From NCBI GenBank assembly GCA_005223125.1, contig NJBH01000001.1:160001-224000 (forward strand): DNA of 64,000 bases. Reading direction: 5' to 3'. Shown here one piece after another: positions 1 to 9,528 of this stretch. The notes beneath the pieces are model-generated. The model worked only from the letters and a program-made list of their open reading frames with translations, was not told where the DNA came from and searched no databases. Source of the DNA: Promethearchaeota archaeon Loki_b32. GTDB lineage: Archaea > Asgardarchaeota > Lokiarchaeia > Sigyniarchaeales > SOKP01. The first letter of the stretch is position 1, and each line of letters starts with the position of its first letter. The position numbers and the translations under genes are program-made.

Positions 1-48
1 TAGTTCCATATCAAAAACAAAAAAAGAAAATAAATAAGAAAAATTAGA

Positions 49-2394
49 TTAAGTTCTACATAATCTTTTTAATAAGGTTGGATCTACTATTTCTTTTGGC
101 TCCCAGCCCTTTTCCTTCAGATACTCATGTATTTCATCTTTTATGTTAATAGGAATGTCTGCTTCAAGACGAATAAATTTCTCTAAATCGTTAGGGAATT
201 TAACACCTTTATATTTCCGTTCCAAATCAATCCAATGAGAAAGTTTTATCATTCGGCCCTTAGAGTTATCAGCAGGTCTTATTGCCAATTTAGCAACTAA
301 GCAGATAGCTTGTTCAATACTTTCGGCAGTTGTTAATAAGTGTTCTGGACCGGGTCCAACTAGATGATCAGCTGTTCCATCTCTAGCGTTAAATATTTTC
401 CATATATTTTCATCATCAGAGCGCCCAATATACATTCTTCTATATTCTGCAGCGTGTGGCCCGCATACTGCTGGAACCCCTAACCCGTTCGCCATACTGG
501 CAATACTTGCAGCTTTCTGAGACATAGCGCCCCATGCAACACCCACTGCACCTACTCGGTTTAAAACATAATCTGCTATTTCTTCGAAATTACCCCGCAG
601 TGGTCTTCGGGCAAAAATATTGGCAACTTTAATTGCTGCTCCAGTAATATGAGGATTACTTACACAACTCCCAACATTTACTAAACCTCCTCGATCAAAA
701 TCACCAGGGAATCTATCATATAAAGTCTTTCCTTCCTCATCTTTTACTAAACCAATATCCATTGCTCCGCAACCAGATACAACAACAATGTAATTTCTGA
801 TTAAGAATTCTTCAGCCATTATATAGAGTTCTTGAATTTCTTTAGCATAACTCGCACATCCGATAATTGCTACTATACCTGGAATTTCTCCTAATACTAT
901 TGGAGCACCTACATTTCTTATCTCCGTATCCATAATTGGCCCGCGTCCTACCCGACAATTAAATTTCTCATTTCTAATCTTTTCTCTAGCAGCATATTGT
1001 AATAAAGTTAAAGGAGATACATCTTTCATACAATCTCCTTCACATCGTCCGCATCCTAGACAGTCATCAAATACTCCCGCTAATACTGAAAAATCCCCGT
1101 CCTTGGCTAAATTTACCCCTTCCACAAGAGGTAAATCGTTTGGACAATTTCGTTGGCAATTACCACATCCATTACAATTCATTGCCATATCAATGCAACC
1201 TTGTTCATCAGGAACTCCACTTTTTGCTTTTCTAATTGGTTTGACTTTTATTGCGGTCTCTGCAGCAACTTCACCTGCTTTTATTGGATCCAAAATAAGA
1301 ACTCCTGATTCTTTCCCACTTATTAGATCATCAACAATTTCATTGACAGGATCAGCTGTTCTATCAGGATGCCCTCCCATGTTCTTTTCGTTTGTTGCAA
1401 TAAAAGGGGCACCTATTAATTGGGCTTGCTCAAAGGATCTTAGATTTACACATTGTTCGTCGACCATAACAACATCTGGTATTCCTGATCGAATAACATG
1501 AAGTTGTCGCGACATTGATCCTACAATTTTGGCTCCGTCATAATATCTGGTTAAGTCATGGGCAGTACAGCAAATTGCTCCCACATCAACTTGATCTTCA
1601 ATTCCTTTTTCTCTTATATAATCTACTAATTCAACTCCAGGAGCAACGTTATGACCAATCATCAAAATAACAGCTTTACTTGTATCTAATGTACCCATAC
1701 CAAGTTCTACAATAGGAACATCAGGATCTCCCATAGGAAATCCGTAAGCGGCCATTTGAACAGCATCAGAAATTTCCATACCAACTGAATCTGCTAACCC
1801 AGCTAAAAAGCTTTTAGCTTCATAATCTAAATAAGAACTCTCTTGTCCCGTATGTCCAGCGGCTAAGAGATGTGTTATTGTAAAATGAACCCATTCCATT
1901 GCAGTTTCTAAATCTTCTAAGGTTTCAGGCTTCATACCAACAACTAAACGTGTGTGAGGCATCTCAACGGCTATATTATTACCAAAATTAATAGGAACAT
2001 TACCATATTTTTCTTTAAGCCAATGTAATAGATGATCACCATGGGCTGAATGGCACGCAGCGCCAATACAACAAGCAATCTCTACTATACGTGCTTGCTG
2101 TGTTTCCATGTTAATTCCACAAGCACCAGTCCGGCCTTTAGAGAGATTACATTTCCCATACGTACACAAACAGCACATATCACAGATTGGCATATAAAAT
2201 GGTTTATATCGTTCCATCAGTTTAAAAAACCAGCTTCTTAAAGTAGGGATGTGTGGCATTGGATGTGGTCCCATTGGTTCCCACTCTGTCTCATCTCCGT
2301 AGGAAATTTTACCAGTAGTTAACTCAAATCCTTTAATTGTACCGAGTGGACCTTTATATTCATCAATTTTTATTTTAGCTCCTCTCTTTTCCAA
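49..2394 (-). CDS. cdhA: CO dehydrogenase/acetyl-CoA synthase complex alpha subunit
   Basis: 781 aa; CDMCCLCTYGKC and ACGI Fe-S motifs, AACHSAHGDH, ICCTAH, DEQC, two internal ferredoxin motifs (CNGCGNC..C, CLGCGRC..C), VGSCVSN; TTG start. Confidence 0.95.
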   Translation of the reverse strand: MEKRGAKIKIDEYKGPLGTIKGFELTTGKISYGDETEWEPMGPHPMPHIPTLRSWFFKLMERYKPFYMPICDMCCLCTYGKCNLSKGRTGACGINMETQQARIVEIACCIGAACHSAHGDHLLHWLKEKYGNVPINFGNNIAVEMPHTRLVVGMKPETLEDLETAMEWVHFTITHLLAAGHTGQESSYLDYEAKSFLAGLADSVGMEISDAVQMAAYGFPMGDPDVPIVELGMGTLDTSKAVILMIGHNVAPGVELVDYIREKGIEDQVDVGAICCTAHDLTRYYDGAKIVGSMSRQLHVIRSGIPDVVMVDEQCVNLRSFEQAQLIGAPFIATNEKNMGGHPDRTADPVNEIVDDLISGKESGVLILDPIKAGEVAAETAIKVKPIRKAKSGVPDEQGCIDMAMNCNGCGNCQRNCPNDLPLVEGVNLAKDGDFSVLAGVFDDCLGCGRCEGDCMKDVSPLTLLQYAAREKIRNEKFNCRVGRGPIMDTEIRNVGAPIVLGEIPGIVAIIGCASYAKEIQELYIMAEEFLIRNYIVVVSGCGAMDIGLVKDEEGKTLYDRFPGDFDRGGLVNVGSCVSNPHITGAAIKVANIFARRPLRGNFEEIADYVLNRVGAVGVAWGAMSQKAASIASMANGLGVPAVCGPHAAEYRRMYIGRSDDENIWKIFNARDGTADHLVGPGPEHLLTTAESIEQAICLVAKLAIRPADNSKGRMIKLSHWIDLERKYKGVKFPNDLEKFIRLEADIPINIKDEIHEYLKEKGWEPKEIVDPTLLKRLCRT

Positions 2395-2528
2395 AGGTTT
2401 TTCACATCAATTTTTATTTTTAAATTTTTGATTTTTTGATATTTGATTATATTTAGAGTTATATTAGATTTTATTTTAATTATTATATTCCAAAACTCAA
2501 AATCTAATCTAAATTAATTGAAAAAAGT

Positions 2529-2540
2529 GTGAAATTTCAC
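2529..2540. promoter_or_regulatory. perfect 12-bp palindrome GTGAAATTTCAC upstream of cdhA, possible operator
   Basis: palindrome seen directly about 135 bp upstream of cdhA start; function inferred. Confidence 0.25.
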
Positions 2541-2595
2541 TTACTCAAATTTTATTAGATTTTGTATTTTCAAATAATTTGTTGGAATTAGTAAC

Positions 2596-3132
2596 TTACC
2601 GTTTGACTTTATATTCACAAGCTGGTGCACCTTTCATGCTGCACTCTTCTGAAAAGTGTTTAATAAATGTAATTGATCCATCTTTTCTAAACTTGTTCAT
2701 AAAAGCTTCTATTATTCCCATATCAAATGAACAAGGATATGGAGTATTTATTTTCATAATTCCTTCGCTTTTTCCTACTTTTTCGAATTTATAGTGACCA
2801 CAATCCCCACCTTGATGATTCGTATTATAAATTCTGTCAATTGAATATAAAATTTGTTCAGTAGTTTCGATACCTAGAGGTAATTGAGCTTTTTAAGGTA
2901 TTTTCATTCCTCTTACTTTAATAGTAACATCTCCTAATTTCTCATAAATGACTTTAAATGAATTCAAAAATTTTTGTTGAGAATACAAACCATTTTGTTT
3001 TATATTTGTTATCCCATTTTCTTCTAATATTTTCAGTGCACTGTTCTTAAAAGCCCCCATGCCATCCACCATTGATAAAATACTAGTGCCTAAAATTACA
3101 ACTCCAGGAGTGGGTGATTTAAACAAAGGCAT
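2596..3132 (-). pseudogene. V4R/HNOB-like ligand-binding protein interrupted by an in-frame TAA
   Basis: frame continues past TAA at 2893-2895 (KIP*KAQLPLGIETTEQILYSIDRIYNTNHQGGDCGHYKF...NTPYPCSFDMGII...ECSMKGAPACEYKVKR*); 537 nt, in frame; C-terminal PC...C..G...C pattern typical of V4R. Confidence 0.8.
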
Positions 3133-3307
3133 TTATTTTTATCCTCATTAATTAAAGTTTAGATTGTAGGTTAATAATCTAAAATTGCCTATATATAGAT
3201 GAGTAAAAAACACGAATGTGACATTTAAGCTCACGTTTAAACCTTAAACTCATTAACAAGTTATATAAGATTGCTAAAAATTAGATAAAACAACAAAATA
3301 TTTATCT

Positions 3308-3901
3308 TTAAATTGTAGATAAAAAATCTGAAACCTTTTCTTCGGAACCCTCATCTACAAGACGGTCTTCCAGTTCTTCTGCTATCAAATCAAATTTAAA
3401 TACACATTGCTCATTTCCTAGTAAAACACATTTGATCTCCTCGCCATCAGCATCAATTTGTAGAGTCTCAAGCATCCCACTAAAAAGCCCTTGATAAAGG
3501 AGACATAAGTTTTTTGCCATAATATTCTCTTTTTCCTCAGAGGCTAAAGAATCTGAGACTTTAAACAATATATGATTCTTCTTAAACACTCCTGTTATTT
3601 CTCCAAATCCCATAAGTTCTAAAGCTTCAAGATTACCAAGAGCAACTTCTTTTCTAGTTGCCATTGGGACTGTACTCCAGTCTTTACTATCAAAGAATTT
3701 ATCCATGTACGATCTACCAAGCGTTTTCCCAACCCAGACTAAAATATCATCGGCATTTGCACCGGCGAATTCGGAGAATTCTATCAAATCAATAGGTCTT
3801 AACATCAGCAAACGCAAATCCTTCTTTTTCTCACCAAAAAAGAGTTGTCCTAATTTCTCATCAATCGTAACTTGTAGTTCTTTTTTGAGTCTTTTTGACA
3901 A
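3308..3901 (-). CDS. V4R domain protein
   Basis: GFG, LC...G.F.G, EIKCVLLGNEQCVF V4R signature; N-terminal VGKTLGRS helix. Confidence 0.8.
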   Translation of the reverse strand: MSKRLKKELQVTIDEKLGQLFFGEKKKDLRLLMLRPIDLIEFSEFAGANADDILVWVGKTLGRSYMDKFFDSKDWSTVPMATRKEVALGNLEALELMGFGEITGVFKKNHILFKVSDSLASEEKENIMAKNLCLLYQGLFSGMLETLQIDADGEEIKCVLLGNEQCVFKFDLIAEELEDRLVDEGSEEKVSDFLSTI

Positions 3902-4064
3902 AATTTATCCCCAATTTAATATATATAGAGAAATATAAAGTTTTTATTTCATATAATAGAAATTTAAATAGCTAGATATTTAAATTTAATGTTTAATGCA
4001 TGAAAACTCAATAATTATTAAGACTGAGAGTTTAATTGTTTTGTAATATATTAAAAATCACATT

Positions 4065-5063
4065 TTAAGAAGAGAGCAAATCAAAAATCGCTGGGATTAC
4101 ACTATCAATGTTAAAATTAGTTTTAACTGATGTGAATAAGAAATTCCATTTTCGCTTTTTCATTTTATTAAAATTGTAAAAAGTTGAAAGTTCTTCTTCA
4201 AGGTTCTGGATTTGCTCAGCAAAATTCTCCTTAGAAAGCTTAATTAAATCAGTTTTATTCCCTACAATAAGTAAAGGAATATCATTTAGTTCATTCTTGT
4301 TTAATACATTCCAAAATTCATTTCTTGATTCCTCAAATCTTCTTTGATTAGCAACATCAATCATATAAATAATAATATTGGAATCTTGAAGTCCTTTTAG
4401 CCATTTTGATCTAAAGGCTTTTTGTCCAGGCATATCCCATACAGCAAATAATCCTTTTTCTTCTACAGGAATATATTCAATATTGAATTTCCTTGTTGGA
4501 GTAAAATAATTATCATTAAACTCACCGGTTTTTAATCTTCTCACTAAACTTGATTTACCCACTTCGTCAATACCAAAAAGGAAAATCTTGAAAAATGTTT
4601 CCCGTTGATAATAATATTCCATTTCAAGAGGTTTTTCGATAACTTCGTCTCCAAATCTTCGAATATCAATAAACATAGAAATCAAAAAATTATCAACTTC
4701 AGTTTCATCATCAAAGCTGTATCCATTACCATTATTCAACAGCTCGCTCAGTAATTCTTTAAATATTACTTTATAATCATAAGGGTTATCTTCATTATCA
4801 AAAATTAAACCAATAATGATTTTTCCATTAATACAACAAGAATATATATTTAAATCGCTGATAAATTGAGCTATGGGTTCAGCAATTTTAAAATGGTTTG
4901 AATTTGTTTGTTGACAGATTTCTTCCTTATCATGTCTTTTTACGATATTATTAACAAGTAATTTATCATTAATACTAACAATTTCATTCGGGTAACAATA
5001 AATATTAAGATCTTCTAAATCTCGGATTTTCTTTCCTTTAAATAAAAAAATGTTATGTAGCAA
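4065..5063 (-). CDS. small GTPase (Arf/Rag-like) with ~150-aa N-terminal domain, possibly longin/uDENN-like
   Basis: G1 GIDEVGKSS, G2 PT, G3 WDMPGQ, G4 NKTD, G5 TSVK; N-domain with IIIGLIFD strand followed by a helix. Confidence 0.85.
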   Translation of the reverse strand: MLHNIFLFKGKKIRDLEDLNIYCYPNEIVSINDKLLVNNIVKRHDKEEICQQTNSNHFKIAEPIAQFISDLNIYSCCINGKIIIGLIFDNEDNPYDYKVIFKELLSELLNNGNGYSFDDETEVDNFLISMFIDIRRFGDEVIEKPLEMEYYYQRETFFKIFLFGIDEVGKSSLVRRLKTGEFNDNYFTPTRKFNIEYIPVEEKGLFAVWDMPGQKAFRSKWLKGLQDSNIIIYMIDVANQRRFEESRNEFWNVLNKNELNDIPLLIVGNKTDLIKLSKENFAEQIQNLEEELSTFYNFNKMKKRKWNFLFTSVKTNFNIDSVIPAIFDLLSS

Positions 5064-5243
5064 CTATGTATCCTAATGGCTTAAATTGATATATGTTTGA
5101 AAATAAAAGTAACTTAAAAAAAGTTTGGAATCTTGCGGTTTTTATTTACTTTTAAAGTTTTTGGTTTAATAAATGAAAGACATTCCTTCTCTTGTCATTT
5201 ATAAAGGAAACTAAATACAAAACTTTAAAAAATGGATTAATTA

Positions 5244-6680
5244 TTATTCTTCTTCTTTTTCTTCCTTCACTTCTTCTAAAGGTTCTTCTTTAGGCTCTTC
5301 AGTATCTACTCCTTTAGATTCTTCCATAAGTTCCTCTTTAGGCACTTCAGAAACTTCTTCTTTAGTTTTTTCTATTGGTTCTAGTTCTGGTTTAGTACCT
5401 ACTGGAGTTTCGCATACAGGACAACGACTCCATCCAGGTCTTAAGCTATATCCACATTTAACACATCCTTTCATGCTTTCATCTTCTTTCCATTCTGGTA
5501 TATCTAAGCCTCCCTGTCTTTTACGGGTTAATTTTTGTAATTCATCCTCAGTCCAAACCTCCATTCCTTCAGGTATTCCAGATCCACGTTCTGCAGCAAA
5601 TTTACTTAACTCTTCTTCCGACCAAGTTGGCGTATCTGGCTGAGTAGTCATACGTTTTTGTGCTTCTTCAGCTAACTCTTCAGCAGTCCATATTTTGAGT
5701 TCTTGTCCTCCTGGTGTTCTTACCGCACCAGGCTGCTGAGGAGCCATTTGTACAGGAGCATGAGGTTGTTGGGAGGGTACATTGCAACATTCAGCAGAAA
5801 ATCTTAAAAGAGCTTCAAAACATCTTGAGAATTTATTGGGATCCTTACCTTCGTCTGTGACTAATACTAAAGTGGTTTTATCAGCGACTTGGGGAAATGC
5901 TATGCTACAAACAGCGATATCTGAAGATAATCGATCTGATTCGATGCCAGTAGTAATTCTTTCCATTGAATTCATCAATTCATTATCTTTTATTAAGAAA
6001 TCACAAATTGGATCACCATGTCTTTGATACCCTTCATGATATTTGGCGAGATGGTTTTTTGTTATTGCAGAATCGAAGGAATTTATAATGGCACTTACGT
6101 AGGAAAATATTTGAGATTTTGGCATTTTCTGAGATTCATCGAGTTTGTAGCCTCCCAAGTCAAGAGTTCCCATAATTGGGGCAAATAGAGGTTGTTCACC
6201 TTTCATTTTCCCAAAGATCATTGAACGTGAAAGTACACATTTAATTTCTCCATAAAAAGCAATAGCATTATCTAACACCTCTAATTTTTTATCAAAAGTT
6301 ATACGAGGGACCGTTCGAAATAAGATATCAACCCAAGGCATCTCTTTTACAGGGATGATTACAACACAAGTTTTTTCAATTAATTCTCGTAGTTTTTTGG
6401 TATAATTCTTCAATTCTTTTTTAATATCTTCGTATTCTTCATTTTGTAATTCTTCATTTGCACTGTTTTCAAGTTCTTTGAATTTTTCATCATTTACTTT
6501 TAGATTCCCTCCAAAGGATTTAATTTCCCCTATGATGTTATCTTTCATAATAGATGTTGCACTTTCAATCATTTTCTTCTGAAAATCAGTAAGTTCATGT
6601 TCTTCACCTGAAACTAAATAATCAGCAAGATCGAATTCTAATTTATTAATAAAAACTTGAAACAATTTCTGTTCTGACAA
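5244..6680 (-). CDS. hypothetical protein with W[TS]xEEL repeats, Zn ribbon and acidic tail
   Basis: 478-aa ORF; CVKC..CPVC; repeats WTAEEL/WSEEEL/WTEDEL/WKEDES. Confidence 0.75.
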   Translation of the reverse strand: MSEQKLFQVFINKLEFDLADYLVSGEEHELTDFQKKMIESATSIMKDNIIGEIKSFGGNLKVNDEKFKELENSANEELQNEEYEDIKKELKNYTKKLRELIEKTCVVIIPVKEMPWVDILFRTVPRITFDKKLEVLDNAIAFYGEIKCVLSRSMIFGKMKGEQPLFAPIMGTLDLGGYKLDESQKMPKSQIFSYVSAIINSFDSAITKNHLAKYHEGYQRHGDPICDFLIKDNELMNSMERITTGIESDRLSSDIAVCSIAFPQVADKTTLVLVTDEGKDPNKFSRCFEALLRFSAECCNVPSQQPHAPVQMAPQQPGAVRTPGGQELKIWTAEELAEEAQKRMTTQPDTPTWSEEELSKFAAERGSGIPEGMEVWTEDELQKLTRKRQGGLDIPEWKEDESMKGCVKCGYSLRPGWSRCPVCETPVGTKPELEPIEKTKEEVSEVPKEELMEESKGVDTEEPKEEPLEEVKEEKEEE

Positions 6681-6841
6681 TTGCTTTCCCTTCTTTTCCT
6701 TAATATTTTTGAATCATAAATATTTATAAATATAGCAACTGAATGAATATAAAAATTTATTTGAATTAAATTGGAATTATTGGAAATATGTAATAAATAG
6801 TTTTCATTTTTTATTGAATAAATTAAAGCTTATTTAAAATT

Positions 6842-7105
6842 ATGAATGAATCTGAGAATCGTGTAAAGAATTTTGATAAAAATATAACAGTATGTTTTAT
6901 ATCTCCAGAAAGCAATGAAGAAGGAAAAAAATATCCTTTTCATTTTCCTTTCCATACTTTAGATAATATTATACTCTCACCACATAGAGGATATTCACCA
7001 TTTAATGATTTATTAAGATGGAATGAAGTGATTGAAAATATAACTTGGTTGGCTCAGAGACGTACGGATTTTATTAATGTAGTAAACTTGGATGAAGAAT
7101 ATTGA
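6842..7105 (+). pseudogene. internally deleted remnant of a D-isomer-specific 2-hydroxyacid dehydrogenase
   Basis: 87 aa carrying the family C-terminal LDNIILSPHRG...VVNLDEEY; no GxGxxG NAD-binding domain. Confidence 0.65.
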
Positions 7106-7597
7106 AAAAACTAAGTTTAATTACTAACTAATCTAATTACTCGAAGGTAAAGCAATAAGGTCTTATTTTATTTGATATTTGTTTAAATGATTGATTATTT
7201 AATTTGACAATCTGTTTAGGATTATTTAAAGAAATAAAAAATTTTTATTGAATTTCAAGTTTTTTTCAAATTATTTTAACTTAAGTTTGAACTTGAATAA
7301 AAAATTTTTAACCAATTTTTATATAAATCAAAAGCACTGAAATGTCATTAAATTTGATGTGTAGAGCAGTGTTTTAAAAATTAATGCATTAATAACCAAT
7401 TTGGAATATTTAAGAGATGACAAAATAGTATTTCTTTAAATATATTAATCCAATAAAAATAAACATTTATATATTAATGTGTAATAAAATAACTTGTAAA
7501 AAAATTTGTGGTTTAAGGCGATAGTTTTTAAAAGAGCTTTAGTCATTTTGCCGCTTTTTGAAATAGGCAAATCTAAGTAATGGTATGGTGTGATAAT

Positions 7598-7888
7598 ATG
7601 AAAATAGTAACTGTCAATATTCCTGAATCCTTTCTCGATAGTATTGAAAAATTAGTGGGGAATAATGGGCTATATCCATCTAGATCCGAGTTAATTCGGG
7701 TAGCTGTAAGAGACTTCTTAATTCGAGAATTAAAGATGGCCGACAATATGGCTAAATATAAAGAGACTGAAATTGAAGATTTTGATGATGAGAATTATGT
7801 AAGAGTACCAATTGAACGTTTAAATGAGAAAGATGAGCCTGTTCGCGAGTTTAAAACATATAAGATTATTAAGCGATTAGAATATTAA
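7598..7888 (+). CDS. ribbon-helix-helix (CopG/NikR-like) transcriptional regulator
   Basis: MKIVTVNIPE...YPSRSELIRVAVRDFL; start moved to ATG 7598, which follows a GGTG SD. Confidence 0.85.
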   Translation: MKIVTVNIPESFLDSIEKLVGNNGLYPSRSELIRVAVRDFLIRELKMADNMAKYKETEIEDFDDENYVRVPIERLNEKDEPVREFKTYKIIKRLEY

Positions 7889-7935
7889 GAAATTTTCAAA
7901 AACAGCATATATAAGATTTAGCAGAAGTTGGTTAG

Positions 7936-7963
7936 AAAAAGGTTTTACCTTTTTTTTTTTTTT
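7936..7963 (+). terminator. hairpin plus T14 tract, probable terminator
   Basis: AAAAAGGT-TTT-ACCTTTTT followed by poly-T, about 50 bp after the RHH stop. Confidence 0.5.
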
Positions 7964-8110
7964 AACCTTTCAATAAACCGTACGTTTACTCACTGGAGTA
8001 AAAATTAAATAGCATTGAAATAATATTTATAAAATCTATGGTAAAATAGACTAGAGGTAATTTTTATTTCTGACGAAAATGAAAGTTTAAATCATTATAG
8101 CCCTAAATTT

Positions 8111-9349
8111 ATGGAATGGGGGATAATAACTAAAGACAATTTTAAGGATAAAACTTCATATGATGTCCCAATAAAAAGGTGGGACCCATTATCAACAGTG
8201 AGTATACATACTGATGATTTTGGTCTTCGAAAAGGGCGTAAAAGATATTATGGACATTACTCTTACATTTCACCAATTAGGAGTAAAAGACCAAAAGGAT
8301 TTAAGACTAGTGAGGAGGAAAAACAATTTCTGGATTGCTCAAAAAAAATTATGAGTAAATACAAAGATGTTTTCAGTTCTGTAACAGAGGGTAAGATTGC
8401 TTATGATGATTGGGGGATTTCTCTTAGTGATGGCTTTACGTTGATCATTACTCAAGATGAAATGAGGCGAGATAATCCATTTTCAGAAACACCACATCGA
8501 ATAGAAAGAATTCCAGACGCTTGCAAGGCTCTAACTCTAATAAATCGGTATCCTTCAATGGCTCGGATTATAGATCCAGATATAAATGAACATATAGTAA
8601 AAGCTCTTCCTTCTCATTTAAAACTTTCACGAGGAATTAATTTAGTAACGATTTCTCGAGAATTTTATCCTTCTTTGTGTTTCAATTTAATTCCAGAAGA
8701 TGTGTTAGCAGGAATATTTCTTTCAATGAGAACATCAATCCTATATTGTATTGAGGAAGCTATAAATAGAGATTACTACGATATTCCTGTAATGCCATTT
8801 TTTAATATAGGAACGAAAGTTGGGGGTTCTCAACCAAGAATACATAGTCAAATTTATATAGATCTAAATATGGATGGTCATGGAAGTAGATTGGAGGGTT
8901 ATCTTGAAGCATTTAAAGAAATGGGAAATAAATGTCATCTTTGCAAAACAACTCATGGTGGCTCTGATCGAATAATATTGGAAACCGAATTCTGGACATT
9001 TTACAATACAGGAAGTCCTGTAAGAAATTATCACATAAGATTTCATCCAAATGAACATATACGAAGATTTGCCCAGTTAAAAGTCAATCAAATTGAAGAT
9101 TTAGCCATATCATTAAAAATGATTTTTCAAGCATTAGATGACTTAGGAATTGATAAAAACCGTAATATTCTATTTAATTGCTGTCCATATGGCTATGATG
9201 CTGATTTCCATATGTTTGCTGATATTATTCCACATGAGGTAATTGGTGGTGCTGAAATGGCTGATGATATGCGAGTTGCTAGAAAATTACCTCACATTGC
9301 AGCTAAAGAAATTAGAAATTCATTAGAAAAATACTTAACATTAAGGTAA
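8111..9349 (+). CDS. GalT/HIT-family nucleotidyltransferase (galactose-1-P uridylyltransferase-like)
   Basis: NRYPS, FFNIG..GGSQPRIHSQ, CHLC, FHMFADIIP; true start may be ATT at 8066. Confidence 0.7.
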   Translation: MEWGIITKDNFKDKTSYDVPIKRWDPLSTVSIHTDDFGLRKGRKRYYGHYSYISPIRSKRPKGFKTSEEEKQFLDCSKKIMSKYKDVFSSVTEGKIAYDDWGISLSDGFTLIITQDEMRRDNPFSETPHRIERIPDACKALTLINRYPSMARIIDPDINEHIVKALPSHLKLSRGINLVTISREFYPSLCFNLIPEDVLAGIFLSMRTSILYCIEEAINRDYYDIPVMPFFNIGTKVGGSQPRIHSQIYIDLNMDGHGSRLEGYLEAFKEMGNKCHLCKTTHGGSDRIILETEFWTFYNTGSPVRNYHIRFHPNEHIRRFAQLKVNQIEDLAISLKMIFQALDDLGIDKNRNILFNCCPYGYDADFHMFADIIPHEVIGGAEMADDMRVARKLPHIAAKEIRNSLEKYLTLR

Positions 9350-9528
9350 TTTATTTAATCTTACAAGTTCGAGCATACTTTTAATTCTTGATAATTAACT
9401 AAAAATATCCAAGCTTAATTATAACCTAGTTTTGGTTTCAATAGATAAGTTTTAAATTTCAATTAAAATTAAATTTAAATCTATTAAATTTATTATAATA
9501 AATGAAAATTTTGTAAGAGATTTAAAAA

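Noticed and set aside
2579-2794. 71-aa plus-strand ORF
   Set aside because: It is antisense to the C-terminal half of the interrupted V4R-like gene.
3217-3236. CRP-like TGTGA...TCACG site
   Set aside because: The spacer is 9 nt rather than 6 and there is no supporting context.
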